A stretch of DNA of 64,000 nucleotides. Origin: Candidatus Latescibacterota bacterium (GTDB lineage Bacteria > Latescibacterota > UBA2968). The translations under genes were made by a program, and so were the position numbers. Under the pieces are notes generated by a model. That model did not search any database. It worked only from the letters and a program-made list of their open reading frames with translations, and was not told the DNA's origin. The stretch covers positions 1 to 64,000 of the forward strand of contig OZ242195.1 of NCBI GenBank assembly GCA_965205975.1. Direction: 5' to 3'. This document shows positions 48,166 to 57,199 of the stretch, one piece after another (position 1 is the stretch's first letter; every line of letters starts with the position of its first letter).

Positions 48166-48897
48166 TTATTGAGAAGATTTTGCCTGTACAATGAATGCTG
48201 TTTCATAGCCTTTCTTTGTTACCTCCTCGAGTAATATTTCCGCATCGTTGCGCGTCTGAAAATTGCCGACGCGCACCTTGAAATAAGGGGGTTCAAAATC
48301 GATAAAAACATCATCGCGCGTCAGTTGAACACGCGCTTGCATTTGTGCATTTTCCGCTGAGCCTCGCGTCGATGACGAAAAGATTTGAATTCTAAACCCC
48401 GATGTGGCATCGCTTTCTGGTTGCACATTGGCAACTGGTGTGCGAACTACGTAAGCATCGGGAAAGCCTAATGCTCTAATGGCGTCGCGCAGTATTTGGG
48501 CCGATTCGGGCGTGCGACTGTTGCCCGCTTGAATTTTGTAGAGTTGGATATCTTCGTCGAGATGAATATATGTCAGGACCTGAGCCTCGCGCTGAATTTG
48601 TTCGCGCAAGGCTTCTGCCCGGTTGTGATCGCGAAGGGCTGCAACTTGAACGCGGAAGCCCTCAATTTGTGATACTTCCGCAGGGGGCATTGCTTCGGTG
48701 CGTACAGGTGTTTGCAACACCGGGTCGTCGTCCATGAGGGTCTGCGGATCAAATTCTTCTCGCACCACCGATGAATCAACTGCCGATGAATCAGCCATCG
48801 GTGAATCAGCCGGAGGAGCGAGTTGGGTCTGCTGTGCGACACAGCCGATCAGGAACACGACAAACAAGACAAATAACAAGATGTTTTTTCTTATCAT
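48166..48897 (-). CDS. SPOR-domain lipoprotein (two SPOR repeats)
   Basis: Lipobox LIGC; GFRVQVAA, GFRIQIFS, PYFKVRVGNF. Confidence 0.85.
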   Translation of the reverse strand: MIRKNILLFVLFVVFLIGCVAQQTQLAPPADSPMADSSAVDSSVVREEFDPQTLMDDDPVLQTPVRTEAMPPAEVSQIEGFRVQVAALRDHNRAEALREQIQREAQVLTYIHLDEDIQLYKIQAGNSRTPESAQILRDAIRALGFPDAYVVRTPVANVQPESDATSGFRIQIFSSSTRGSAENAQMQARVQLTRDDVFIDFEPPYFKVRVGNFQTRNDAEILLEEVTKKGYETAFIVQAKSSQ

Positions 48898-49087
48898 TTT
48901 GCCTCCACAAACAGTTGTCAGTTTTATTTTTTAAGCTTTATGCGTGACACTCACACTTTAAGAAGGCATGCAAAATTAGTCAATAACTTATATTGCGTAA
49001 TTTATCGAAAAAAGCACTATTTCCCCCTATATCTTGTATATCTCAAAAAAATAATAAAGGTGCTTAATTATGCAATAAACCAGGGCT

Positions 49088-50125
49088 TCACTCTCCAAAC
49101 CACCGCTCAAATATTTCTGTGTAATTGTCTTTTGCCACGCCTTTTTCCGTTATGATCGCCGTGACGAGATTGTTGGGGGTCACGTCAAAGGCGGGATTGT
49201 ACACCTGGATGCCACTGGGCGCGGTTTTCCGGCCCATGCCGTGTGTGATTTCTTCTGTTTCGCGCTCTTCTATGGGAATTTGCGCGCCAGTGTCGCGTTT
49301 CATGTCAATGGTAGATAAGGGTGCGGCCACGTAAAAGGGCACTTGATGCGCTTTGGCCAAAATGGCCAGTCCATAGGTGCCGATTTTGTTGGCTACGTCT
49401 CCGTTTTTGGCAATGCGATCTGCTCCGACAACGATGCTGTCGATGTTTTTTTCGCGCAGCACCGCAGCGGCCATGCTATCGCATATTACGGTGACATCTA
49501 CACCGCTTTGATTCAGTTCCCACGCCGTGAGGCGCGATCCCTGTAAGAGCGGGCGGGTTTCGTCGGCATAGACCGCGACTTGTTTGCCCGCTTCAACTGC
49601 GGCGTAAACCACTGCGAGGGCTGTGCCGTAGTCAGCGGTGGCCAGGCCACCCGCATTGCAGTGGGTCAATACAGTCGCTTGCGAAGATAGCAATTCTGCA
49701 CCATTGCGACCAATTTGGCGACATATTCGTTTGTCGTCTTCAAAAATTTTATGGGCTTCTTTGAGCAGGTGATTGCGTTTTTCAGCGGGTGAATGATTAT
49801 CTGCTTTGGCGAGGACCTTTTCCTGGCGATCGAGTGCCCAAAAGAGGTTGACGGCTGTGGGACGCGTTTGCGCCAATTTTTGAATGCTTTCTGCGACATA
49901 CCGATCAAAGTCGGCATGTCGCGCTATGGCCTCTTGCGCTGCAATCACGACGCCATAAGCAGCCGCTACGCCAATGGCTGGCGCGCCGCGTACCCTCAAG
50001 CTGACGATGGCCTCTGCCACTGTATTGACGTCGCGGCAAGTGATAAATTTGTACTTTTCGGGCAATAAGGTTTGGTCGATGAGGCGCAGGGCATCATTTT
50101 CCCATGTGATGGTTGGTACGGGCAT
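49088..50125 (-). CDS. mtnA: S-methyl-5-thioribose-1-phosphate isomerase
   Basis: VRGAPAIG, TRPTAVNL, LTHCNAGGLAT, DETRPLLQGSRLT, ANKIGT, NPAFDVTP. Confidence 0.95.
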   Translation of the reverse strand: MPVPTITWENDALRLIDQTLLPEKYKFITCRDVNTVAEAIVSLRVRGAPAIGVAAAYGVVIAAQEAIARHADFDRYVAESIQKLAQTRPTAVNLFWALDRQEKVLAKADNHSPAEKRNHLLKEAHKIFEDDKRICRQIGRNGAELLSSQATVLTHCNAGGLATADYGTALAVVYAAVEAGKQVAVYADETRPLLQGSRLTAWELNQSGVDVTVICDSMAAAVLREKNIDSIVVGADRIAKNGDVANKIGTYGLAILAKAHQVPFYVAAPLSTIDMKRDTGAQIPIEERETEEITHGMGRKTAPSGIQVYNPAFDVTPNNLVTAIITEKGVAKDNYTEIFERWFGE

Positions 50126-50141
50126 TGGCCATCTCCAGTTG

Positions 50142-50525
50142 TCACGGGTCGCGGATTAAATTGTCTATTACTACATCGTCCTCAATACGCTCTATTGGCG
50201 CGTCGCGCCACAGGCGTTCCAGACCGTAAAATTGGCGCGATTCTTGTTGAAATATATGTACGACAATGTCGAAAAAGTCGATCAGTACCCATTTCCGTAT
50301 ATCATATCCTTCGACCTGATAAGGGGGTTGCCCTTCTGCTTTGAGACCCTCGATTACCGCATCGGCTAATGCGCGAACATGCACATCGGATGTTCCCGTG
50401 CAAATGATAAAGTAATCGACAAAGTCGGCTGTTTGGCGCAGGTCAATGGCAATGAGGTCTTCTGGTTTGCGCGATAGCAACTGTTCAATACAGGCACTGC
50501 GAACGTTTTCGGTGGTATCTGACAA
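50142..50525 (-). CDS. rsfS: Ribosome silencing factor RsfS (Iojap)
   Basis: DYFIICTGTS..HVRALAD, WVLIDFFDIVVHIF, FYGLERLW; TTG start after AGGAG. Confidence 0.92.
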   Translation of the reverse strand: MSDTTENVRSACIEQLLSRKPEDLIAIDLRQTADFVDYFIICTGTSDVHVRALADAVIEGLKAEGQPPYQVEGYDIRKWVLIDFFDIVVHIFQQESRQFYGLERLWRDAPIERIEDDVVIDNLIRDP

Positions 50526-50535
50526 ATTGAAACTC

Positions 50536-50952
50536 CTATTTAAATATTTCCAGTCCGCGATAATCTCGCCCAATGATAACGGTGACTTCCTCGATGCGAA
50601 AGGGATCGGGTGTTTTTTGCTGGATCACATTGGGCGTACCGAGCACATCCGCGACTTGCTGGGCATATTCTATTTTGCCCAGGCGGTCTATGACAATGGT
50701 CTCGGGAAAGTTGAAATTTTCAGCATTGCCCAGGGTCATGACATCTATGCCAAAATCGCGTAGTTTTTGCCCGACCTCGGTTGCAATGCCGCCTGTACCA
50801 CAGCCATTGAGAATTTCAACGCGAATATTGTGAGAGATCTGGGGTGCTTCGGGCACGACATCGGGCACCGTTTGCGGTTCCCAATAGGCTTTTGTTGCAA
50901 AGACCAGACCGACGATGAGCAGACCGACGAGAATCCATAACCAGCGTTTCAT
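50536..50952 (-). CDS. LytR C-terminal domain membrane protein
   Basis: N-terminal TM; VEILNGCG..GIA; VTVIIGRDY. Confidence 0.85.
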   Translation of the reverse strand: MKRWLWILVGLLIVGLVFATKAYWEPQTVPDVVPEAPQISHNIRVEILNGCGTGGIATEVGQKLRDFGIDVMTLGNAENFNFPETIVIDRLGKIEYAQQVADVLGTPNVIQQKTPDPFRIEEVTVIIGRDYRGLEIFK

Positions 50953-50970
50953 GTTGATAAATATAAGGAT

Positions 50971-51009
50971 AAAAAAAAAGGGACGCCAGTCTTACGCGCT
51001 GGCGTCCCT
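50971..51009 (-). terminator. Intrinsic terminator
   Basis: AGGGACGCCAG stem with a T-run on the minus strand, downstream of 51029-51490. Confidence 0.75.
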
Positions 51010-51028
51010 ATCTGTTAATATCGCGCTT

Positions 51029-51490
51029 TTAATAGCGTCTGTATCTGTCGTTGTAATAATAGGGATAGCCATTGAAGGTGCTGAATCCAAATTCGATGCG
51101 AATATTGGGCTTGGGCTGGTACAAAAGGCTGACATTGGGAACGACGACTTGAACGCCACCCGATGAGGTCGAACCGTAGCGCGTATTACCCGACATTTGA
51201 TTGACCAGGCCAACTTGCGCTCTGACGATGAGCGGTTTGGATATCTGGTAGGTGATGTCGTTGAGATAATACTGGTTCAGGCCACCGCCATATCCCGAGC
51301 TGTAACTGACCCCAATGGTGTGGTTAAATTTGAGCTTTTTCAGGTCGAACAAACCGCTGGTGGTTTTTAACCCGTTCACGAGGTTTTCACCTGCGAGCGG
51401 AATTTTGTTTTGCGGCTGAATGCCAATGTCTGCCCGTGCCTGTGTCGCAATCAAGGCTACAACTGCAAGTGTGCAAATCCATTTGTGCAT
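51029..51490 (-). CDS. Hypothetical secreted beta-rich protein
   Basis: Signal peptide ending AQARA-like (ATQARA); AAAGGGGG RBS; alternating beta-strand pattern. Confidence 0.65.
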   Translation of the reverse strand: MHKWICTLAVVALIATQARADIGIQPQNKIPLAGENLVNGLKTTSGLFDLKKLKFNHTIGVSYSSGYGGGLNQYYLNDITYQISKPLIVRAQVGLVNQMSGNTRYGSTSSGGVQVVVPNVSLLYQPKPNIRIEFGFSTFNGYPYYYNDRYRRY

Positions 51491-51604
51491 GTATAAAACC
51501 CCCTTTCCGTTATGAACAGGATACAGAATCTGAGATGGGATGTCAAGTGTTCTATTTTCTTAGACACCTGAGCCTATCTATGTGTTCCACAATAGAAATT
51601 GCGC

Positions 51605-51633
51605 TTGAAAGCAAGGGGTGAGATGGCTATACT
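51605..51633 (+). promoter_or_regulatory. Putative promoter of the TA operon
   Basis: TTGAAA-17 nt-TATACT. Confidence 0.55.
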
Positions 51634-51663
51634 TATGTGTGTTCTACGAGAAAGGAGAATGAC

Positions 51664-51939
51664 ATGGCAGAACAAATATCTACAACAGACGCACCTCTAT
51701 CGTGTCCGACGTTAGAAAAATTGTCGAAGGAAGAGCAAGAGATGTTATTCGATGCTTTTGAGAAGGCTATCGAACTGGCAGAAAAAGCAGGTTTCTCAGA
51801 AGCTGAAATTTTTCAGTTTCTTGAAGACGTGATCGATGTTCGTGCATCTGAACAGATCCTGGATAAGATGGAGAGAACCGGAGAGAAACCAATGACTCTG
51901 GAGGAGTTCAAAAAAGAATTGGACATGCAGAGTGAATAG
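51664..51939 (+). CDS. Putative type II antitoxin
   Basis: AAGGAG RBS; acidic; LEDVIDV...GEKPMTLEEFKKEL; overlaps the relE-like gene. Confidence 0.75.
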   Translation: MAEQISTTDAPLSCPTLEKLSKEEQEMLFDAFEKAIELAEKAGFSEAEIFQFLEDVIDVRASEQILDKMERTGEKPMTLEEFKKELDMQSE

Positions 51940-52201
51940 GGCTTATACGGTTGAAATTACATCTGTTGCTCGACGTCAGATAAGGCACTTATCCAGATCC
52001 ATGCAGGATAGAATTATTTCTCGACTGTACGCTTTAGCTGATAATCCACGCCCACCGGGTGTTATCAAGATGAAAGGTCGCCGCAGGCGTGATGAATATC
52101 GAATACGAGTGGGGAATTATCGCGTGATCTACCAGATTAACGATGATATGCTGGTTGTGTTGATTGTTCGTATAGCTGATAGACGGGAAGCATATAGATA
52201 A
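51932..52201 (+). CDS. RelE/ParE-family toxin
   Basis: LADNPRPPG..KMKG, YRIRVGNYRVIYQI, RREAYR. Confidence 0.9.
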   Translation: MNRAYTVEITSVARRQIRHLSRSMQDRIISRLYALADNPRPPGVIKMKGRRRRDEYRIRVGNYRVIYQINDDMLVVLIVRIADRREAYR

Positions 52202-52251
52202 ATAGATGAATATCCAACGCATCTTCGCACTGCGCATCAACAGGTTCGCGC

Positions 52252-55200
52252 CTACAAGGGTGGCGATAAAGAGAGCGGAGAGGGGTTTTTCCTTTCTTCA
52301 GAAAAATACATCGCCTTGAATCGTTCCATTTGTTTGATTTTATCGATCAGAACTCGTTCGTGTTGCGAACTCGCCACATTCCGGACAAGGAACTTGGCAT
52401 CCACATCAGTCAATCTTAGTACCAGGTAATTCGCAATAGCTGAAAAAACAGAGACGTTGAAGTCCTTTGCTTCCTGTGAGGCAAGTACCAGCGAAATACC
52501 GTATTTCCGACATTCCTTGGCCATGGTAGGGATAAGTTTGAGGCCCGCGGCGCGGTGTGCCTCGTCGAAGATCAACGCATGAGTGACGCGATCATGGATG
52601 CCTCGTCGAAACATGTCCTTATAAAGGCTATAAAACACCAATGAGGCAAAAGCCCGTTGAAGGTTATCATTTTGTGTTGTGTGAATACGAATGACTATCG
52701 GTTGTTCACTTTCCCATAAACTGCTACGCGACTCACGGAGATTAAAGAATCCGTAGTCTTCAAGTTCTTCCAGACGAGCAAGTAATGTGGCCAATCCACG
52801 GTCCAGTTTCTCGTCACGCAGAATCTCAACGAAACGGCTAAACGACGGCTCTTGTAAATCTGTGGTGCCTGCGTTGGCATTTCCCCACCCTGCTTCGGTA
52901 AAGCTGTCTTTGATTGCCCTGCGGATACGCTCGGTCTGAATGTCGCCGAGTTCTGGATAAATCGCCGCGAAGATGTCCCGTATTGCGCCTGCCACGTCGA
53001 GATGCGCCATACGGGATTCCCGATTTACTACCTCTAGCGGGTTGAAACCCAGACCATCAAAATCGATGAACCGAACTGAATCAACCGACTGCTCGAGTTT
53101 CTCGTCAATGTCCTGATGGTAGGAGAAGATGATCGGGCAGATTTCTGCTGCGACCATCTGCTGACACAGATTCAGAAGGCAGGTGGTCTTGCCCATCCCC
53201 GGCAATCCCGCGATTAGAAGATGGGGGTTGCCCTTTACTGTTAGCGGCCAGTCAACTTTTGCATTTGTAATGGAATCTGTTCCCAAATAGATTGAGGGCA
53301 CAGTGTCAACGGAGGCTTCTACACGTTCAACCGATATTTGTTGAGAGTCTATACTGTCCTTGGATCCATCATCGGTCCGTTCTGACGATGAGCGGGTTTC
53401 AGGCTCAGAGTTATTTGTGGGTAAACTAAAGCCCGAATCAGGTAAAAGACTGGGGCCGAATAGGAATGTCTCAGTGTTCCAATTGTCGGGAGAAATTTTC
53501 AACGGACTCGCCCCAGCATACTCGGGACAAAATATCCATCCTCGATCTCCATTTTCGTCTATATTCAGTTTGTAGTCACTACCTTTTCCAATCATGCGAT
53601 TGATCTCTGACACGAGTTCGGTATGACGTACCGAGGGCAAATGGTGTCTGCGTGCCTTATCCACATAAAAGCGCAGTACACGGGCGAGCTTGGCGCGACG
53701 AATTGCTCGAAATGCAGAGCACCCTTCATGCGAATACCAATCATTCCAGCGTTTGCGCATTCCCTCAATCTGATCTCGAACACGACTTAAGACATCCGGG
53801 GATCTCGCAGCACGTAGATCTCGACGGTATTTGACCTCAATGAATCGGAATATCAGTCCTTTTCTCGGTGCCGTAGTCACATAAATCAGATCAGGTCTCA
53901 CATTCTTCTCTCCAACATCCTTGTCCTTCAACGGTGGCAACAGGTCTCGAACATCATCTACGGGAACAATGAAACCGCGTTTTAGCGACAACCAGCATGG
54001 ATCTTCTCCGCTCACCTGTCTGCAATTTGCCTGCGAAAAAGCGAGTGCGATCAACTCCGAAATCGGTGGTTTGTCTCCGGTTAGGCGAATAGCGAGCCGT
54101 CCGCTGAGAGCCTTTAAATGCTCAAGTAGAAACTCCGCATTTCGACGGCTACGACTCAGCCCCATCTGGTCTAAGGCGGCATCGAGCAGCACGCGCACCT
54201 CATCTAGGTTACTGGTAGAAGTGATGAGTTGTAAGCAGCCCAGGTCTTCCCGTTCTGGAACGCAATTGATCACGTAAGCATCGTAGATTTCCCCATTATC
54301 CCGAGGAGAATCAAAATATTCGATGCCAGCGTTCCGATCCAGCGTAATGACCCAGTCACAAAGCCGATGGAGAGCCTTGAGGTTGTCCGCCTTTTCCGGT
54401 GAGATTGCTGTGTGTAGCACCGGTAGCTTTCCATTTTCAGCACCGACATGGTGTGCTACAGTGCTTTGTATGGCGTGCTGCAAATGCGTCAGACGTTCGG
54501 TATGCCTGCGCTCTGATGGGTGCTTCTCGCCATCTGTTGCCGGTGGAATCGTATTATGCCACATCGGCGTGGGCTTTGTGGTGAAGTCGCGCTCGTAGAA
54601 GGAAAGTAGGCCGAATGCGTGGAACGGACTATCGCCCGATGGTTTCTGTTCATCCGATGCAACTTGCGACTCGAACGTATCAAATGCGATGGCAACATGG
54701 GCGGCGGTCTCAGGCTCAGATTGATCTTTCCGTGCCCAGCGTAATCTGGGCATGTTCACCCCGCCGGGCAGACTCAAGGATTCGAGCATCCATCGATCAT
54801 CAGTTGACACTACACCAGCACCACTGCGCCGCCGTTCCCGCGCCTCGACGATGAATCTGCCTGCGATTCCTTGTTGCTCCTCGGACGGATACATCTCCAG
54901 CGAAAAGACAGGTGCTTCTCGCGATTCTTCCTCTGAATCAACAGATAGCCCATCCTCGTCATCGGCTCTGTGCAGATGGTCGTGTACATAGCCCAACGAC
55001 CTGGCAATAGTCAGACCATCTCCCGCTCGAAGCGCGTGAACGTGAAGTAGCCGAGATGTGTTGTGGCAATCCAGGTACTTGACTATCTCGTCACCAACTA
55101 CCCTTGCGCTTTGTCCCCCTACCGTTGGAGCGTTGTCCATTGATTCGCCTTCCCCCAGCGCACGCGCAAGAATTGCTACAGCAGCTTTGGGTTCCTTGTC

Positions 55201-57198
55201 AGTGTCGGAGACCATACCGACCGCATGAAAGCCGAGGGTGTCCGCAAAAACAAACGATCCGCCAGCCAGATTTGGGAGAAAGGCAGGAAACATGGCACCG
55301 TCCAAGCACTGAAGTTCATCCCTTATGGCTTTCGCCTTTTGATCCTGCTCAAAGGCCGCGTGAAGAACGAGGTTGTCATAAGCGGCATGCCACGCAACGC
55401 GCAACGGGTGCATTGGCAGGACGATCAAGCCGATCGTTCGCCCTGCAAGGGACTGCACCTCCACGGTATTACATAATACCATGGATGGGTCACCGCTCTC
55501 CAGTAAGTGAGTCCAGGCGCGTATGTACTCTTTAACCGAATCAAATGCCTTTGTCTTATCGTCATAGATGTAGCCTACCACACTGTTGCTCTTACAGACG
55601 CAGTCGGCCAATTTCCGGCTCGCTGCGATGGCTCGATACCATGCTTTCCCATTGCCTTCACAGCGAATGAAATCCACTTCTCCCGCTTGGGCTCCAGATG
55701 CACGTACTTTAACGCGCCAACGCCCTGGTATTCCGGCCCTACCCATCCACTGCTTTTCTACTTCTCGGATTAGCGGTGGGCAAGACACGCGAAAACTCAA
55801 CCGTTTTGACGCCGTCGTGCGTAACAGCACCGAGTTGCCTTTTTCATCAAAGCTAAAACCCGCTGGATTATCGACGATAGCCGAGACGCTCTCCCTATCA
55901 TTGAGTTCGACCATCCCCTCACTAAAGGTGCGAACCTTTTTGCCAGCACCCCCCGCAGTCTTGTCAGGTGGCTCGCCAAAGCGAATGAAGAATTCTTCGC
56001 TCTCTTGAGATTCAACCACATCGTTACCAACAACGGAAACCACTACCTTGGCAGAGACGAGAGAGTCTTCATTTGACAATGGGAAGTCGTCGTTGCTGAA
56101 TCGGCACTTCTCCTCCCTTTTTCCCGAATGGACCACTTCGCGTACGGCAAGTTCTTCATCCATGTCTGTCAGGATGGCAATATGGTACTCAACGGCATTT
56201 TTTTCTAAGTTGCCAGGCCTTGTCTTCCATCTGATTTCCAAATTCGAATAGGCAGCCGAAGTCTCGGGTTCTGGATCCAAAATTAGTTCTGGCGGTTCGT
56301 CATCGGGTCGTTCTCGCAATCCCGACCACTTGGCAATCGTCCCATTTCGGTTGCGCCAAGACACAAGTTCAATTGATTCGATGTCAGTTGCGTTCTCTAT
56401 CTGCAATGCGCCCACCCACAAGTGTTTCTTGTCTACCAGTTTCTCTAATGCTGGCAGAAGAGATTGGGTTTCCGCGGTGTGCAAAAAGCCTTCAAGATCG
56501 CGGCGTTGTTCATCTGTCAATTTGGCCAGCCGTAGCGATTCAATGCGCGCTGGGATAGTGAGACCAAAGGCTGCCGTTCCCAACAAGTGATCCACAAATC
56601 GGCGTGCAAAGTCCAACTCTTCCTTCGGGGCCGGTTCATCGAATTTTTTTACTGGCCACAGGCCGAGTAGGTGAAAATACGCACCGGGATGCCGTTTGTG
56701 CGCAGCAATCCGGCACAAGAAATCGAATACTGTCCAGGGTGAAATACTGTACTGAGTACCGAATCCTGCAGCTTTCTTTATCGCGTCTTCGGCATACTGG
56801 CGATCCGCGCGGGACAATTGGCGTGTCACCTCTGCGGCAGCCAGTCGTTGAGCTTCCCTAAACAGTCCTGCCTCATCAACTTCCCGCGACGCGCTGTAAA
56901 TGCCATCCATGCCAGCACCGGCACGATCTGTGTCCACCAGTAGCAAGGTTGCTTCGCCTTTCGTCTCGCGTACCTCGACAGCATGGTCCGCTGTAATAGT
57001 TCGTGTTTCGGCATTATCCGAATCCGCGACCCGTCGGATCTGCCAATCCTGTAGGCTGAAGTTCGCGTCCTTAGCAAGCCTTTCCACCACATCCGGCGTC
57101 AGACAACGGACGAAGGCCATAGCACCGGATTCAGCTTGACCCAGTATGTTTGAAAACGCATTCCCGAGTATTTGCCCATGTAATTTGGTCCACTCCAT
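52252..57198 (-). CDS. DptH(DndH)-like large protein: PD-(D/E)XK nuclease plus C-terminal HerA/FtsK ATPase
   Basis: RPDLIYV...FIEVKY; Walker A GLPGMGKT; Walker B LIFDEAH; KECRKYGISLVLASQ; ~1650 aa; PMHPLRVAWH. Confidence 0.75.
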   Translation of the reverse strand: MEWTKLHGQILGNAFSNILGQAESGAMAFVRCLTPDVVERLAKDANFSLQDWQIRRVADSDNAETRTITADHAVEVRETKGEATLLLVDTDRAGAGMDGIYSASREVDEAGLFREAQRLAAAEVTRQLSRADRQYAEDAIKKAAGFGTQYSISPWTVFDFLCRIAAHKRHPGAYFHLLGLWPVKKFDEPAPKEELDFARRFVDHLLGTAAFGLTIPARIESLRLAKLTDEQRRDLEGFLHTAETQSLLPALEKLVDKKHLWVGALQIENATDIESIELVSWRNRNGTIAKWSGLRERPDDEPPELILDPEPETSAAYSNLEIRWKTRPGNLEKNAVEYHIAILTDMDEELAVREVVHSGKREEKCRFSNDDFPLSNEDSLVSAKVVVSVVGNDVVESQESEEFFIRFGEPPDKTAGGAGKKVRTFSEGMVELNDRESVSAIVDNPAGFSFDEKGNSVLLRTTASKRLSFRVSCPPLIREVEKQWMGRAGIPGRWRVKVRASGAQAGEVDFIRCEGNGKAWYRAIAASRKLADCVCKSNSVVGYIYDDKTKAFDSVKEYIRAWTHLLESGDPSMVLCNTVEVQSLAGRTIGLIVLPMHPLRVAWHAAYDNLVLHAAFEQDQKAKAIRDELQCLDGAMFPAFLPNLAGGSFVFADTLGFHAVGMVSDTDKEPKAAVAILARALGEGESMDNAPTVGGQSARVVGDEIVKYLDCHNTSRLLHVHALRAGDGLTIARSLGYVHDHLHRADDEDGLSVDSEEESREAPVFSLEMYPSEEQQGIAGRFIVEARERRRSGAGVVSTDDRWMLESLSLPGGVNMPRLRWARKDQSEPETAAHVAIAFDTFESQVASDEQKPSGDSPFHAFGLLSFYERDFTTKPTPMWHNTIPPATDGEKHPSERRHTERLTHLQHAIQSTVAHHVGAENGKLPVLHTAISPEKADNLKALHRLCDWVITLDRNAGIEYFDSPRDNGEIYDAYVINCVPEREDLGCLQLITSTSNLDEVRVLLDAALDQMGLSRSRRNAEFLLEHLKALSGRLAIRLTGDKPPISELIALAFSQANCRQVSGEDPCWLSLKRGFIVPVDDVRDLLPPLKDKDVGEKNVRPDLIYVTTAPRKGLIFRFIEVKYRRDLRAARSPDVLSRVRDQIEGMRKRWNDWYSHEGCSAFRAIRRAKLARVLRFYVDKARRHHLPSVRHTELVSEINRMIGKGSDYKLNIDENGDRGWIFCPEYAGASPLKISPDNWNTETFLFGPSLLPDSGFSLPTNNSEPETRSSSERTDDGSKDSIDSQQISVERVEASVDTVPSIYLGTDSITNAKVDWPLTVKGNPHLLIAGLPGMGKTTCLLNLCQQMVAAEICPIIFSYHQDIDEKLEQSVDSVRFIDFDGLGFNPLEVVNRESRMAHLDVAGAIRDIFAAIYPELGDIQTERIRRAIKDSFTEAGWGNANAGTTDLQEPSFSRFVEILRDEKLDRGLATLLARLEELEDYGFFNLRESRSSLWESEQPIVIRIHTTQNDNLQRAFASLVFYSLYKDMFRRGIHDRVTHALIFDEAHRAAGLKLIPTMAKECRKYGISLVLASQEAKDFNVSVFSAIANYLVLRLTDVDAKFLVRNVASSQHERVLIDKIKQMERFKAMYFSEERKNPSPLSLSPPL

Positions 57199-57199
57199 A

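Noticed and set aside
48991..49077. AT-rich imperfect inverted repeat (TATTGCGTAATT...AATTATGCAATA) between mtnA and the SPOR gene
   Set aside because: Low complexity and a long loop; could be a promoter or operator but there is not enough support
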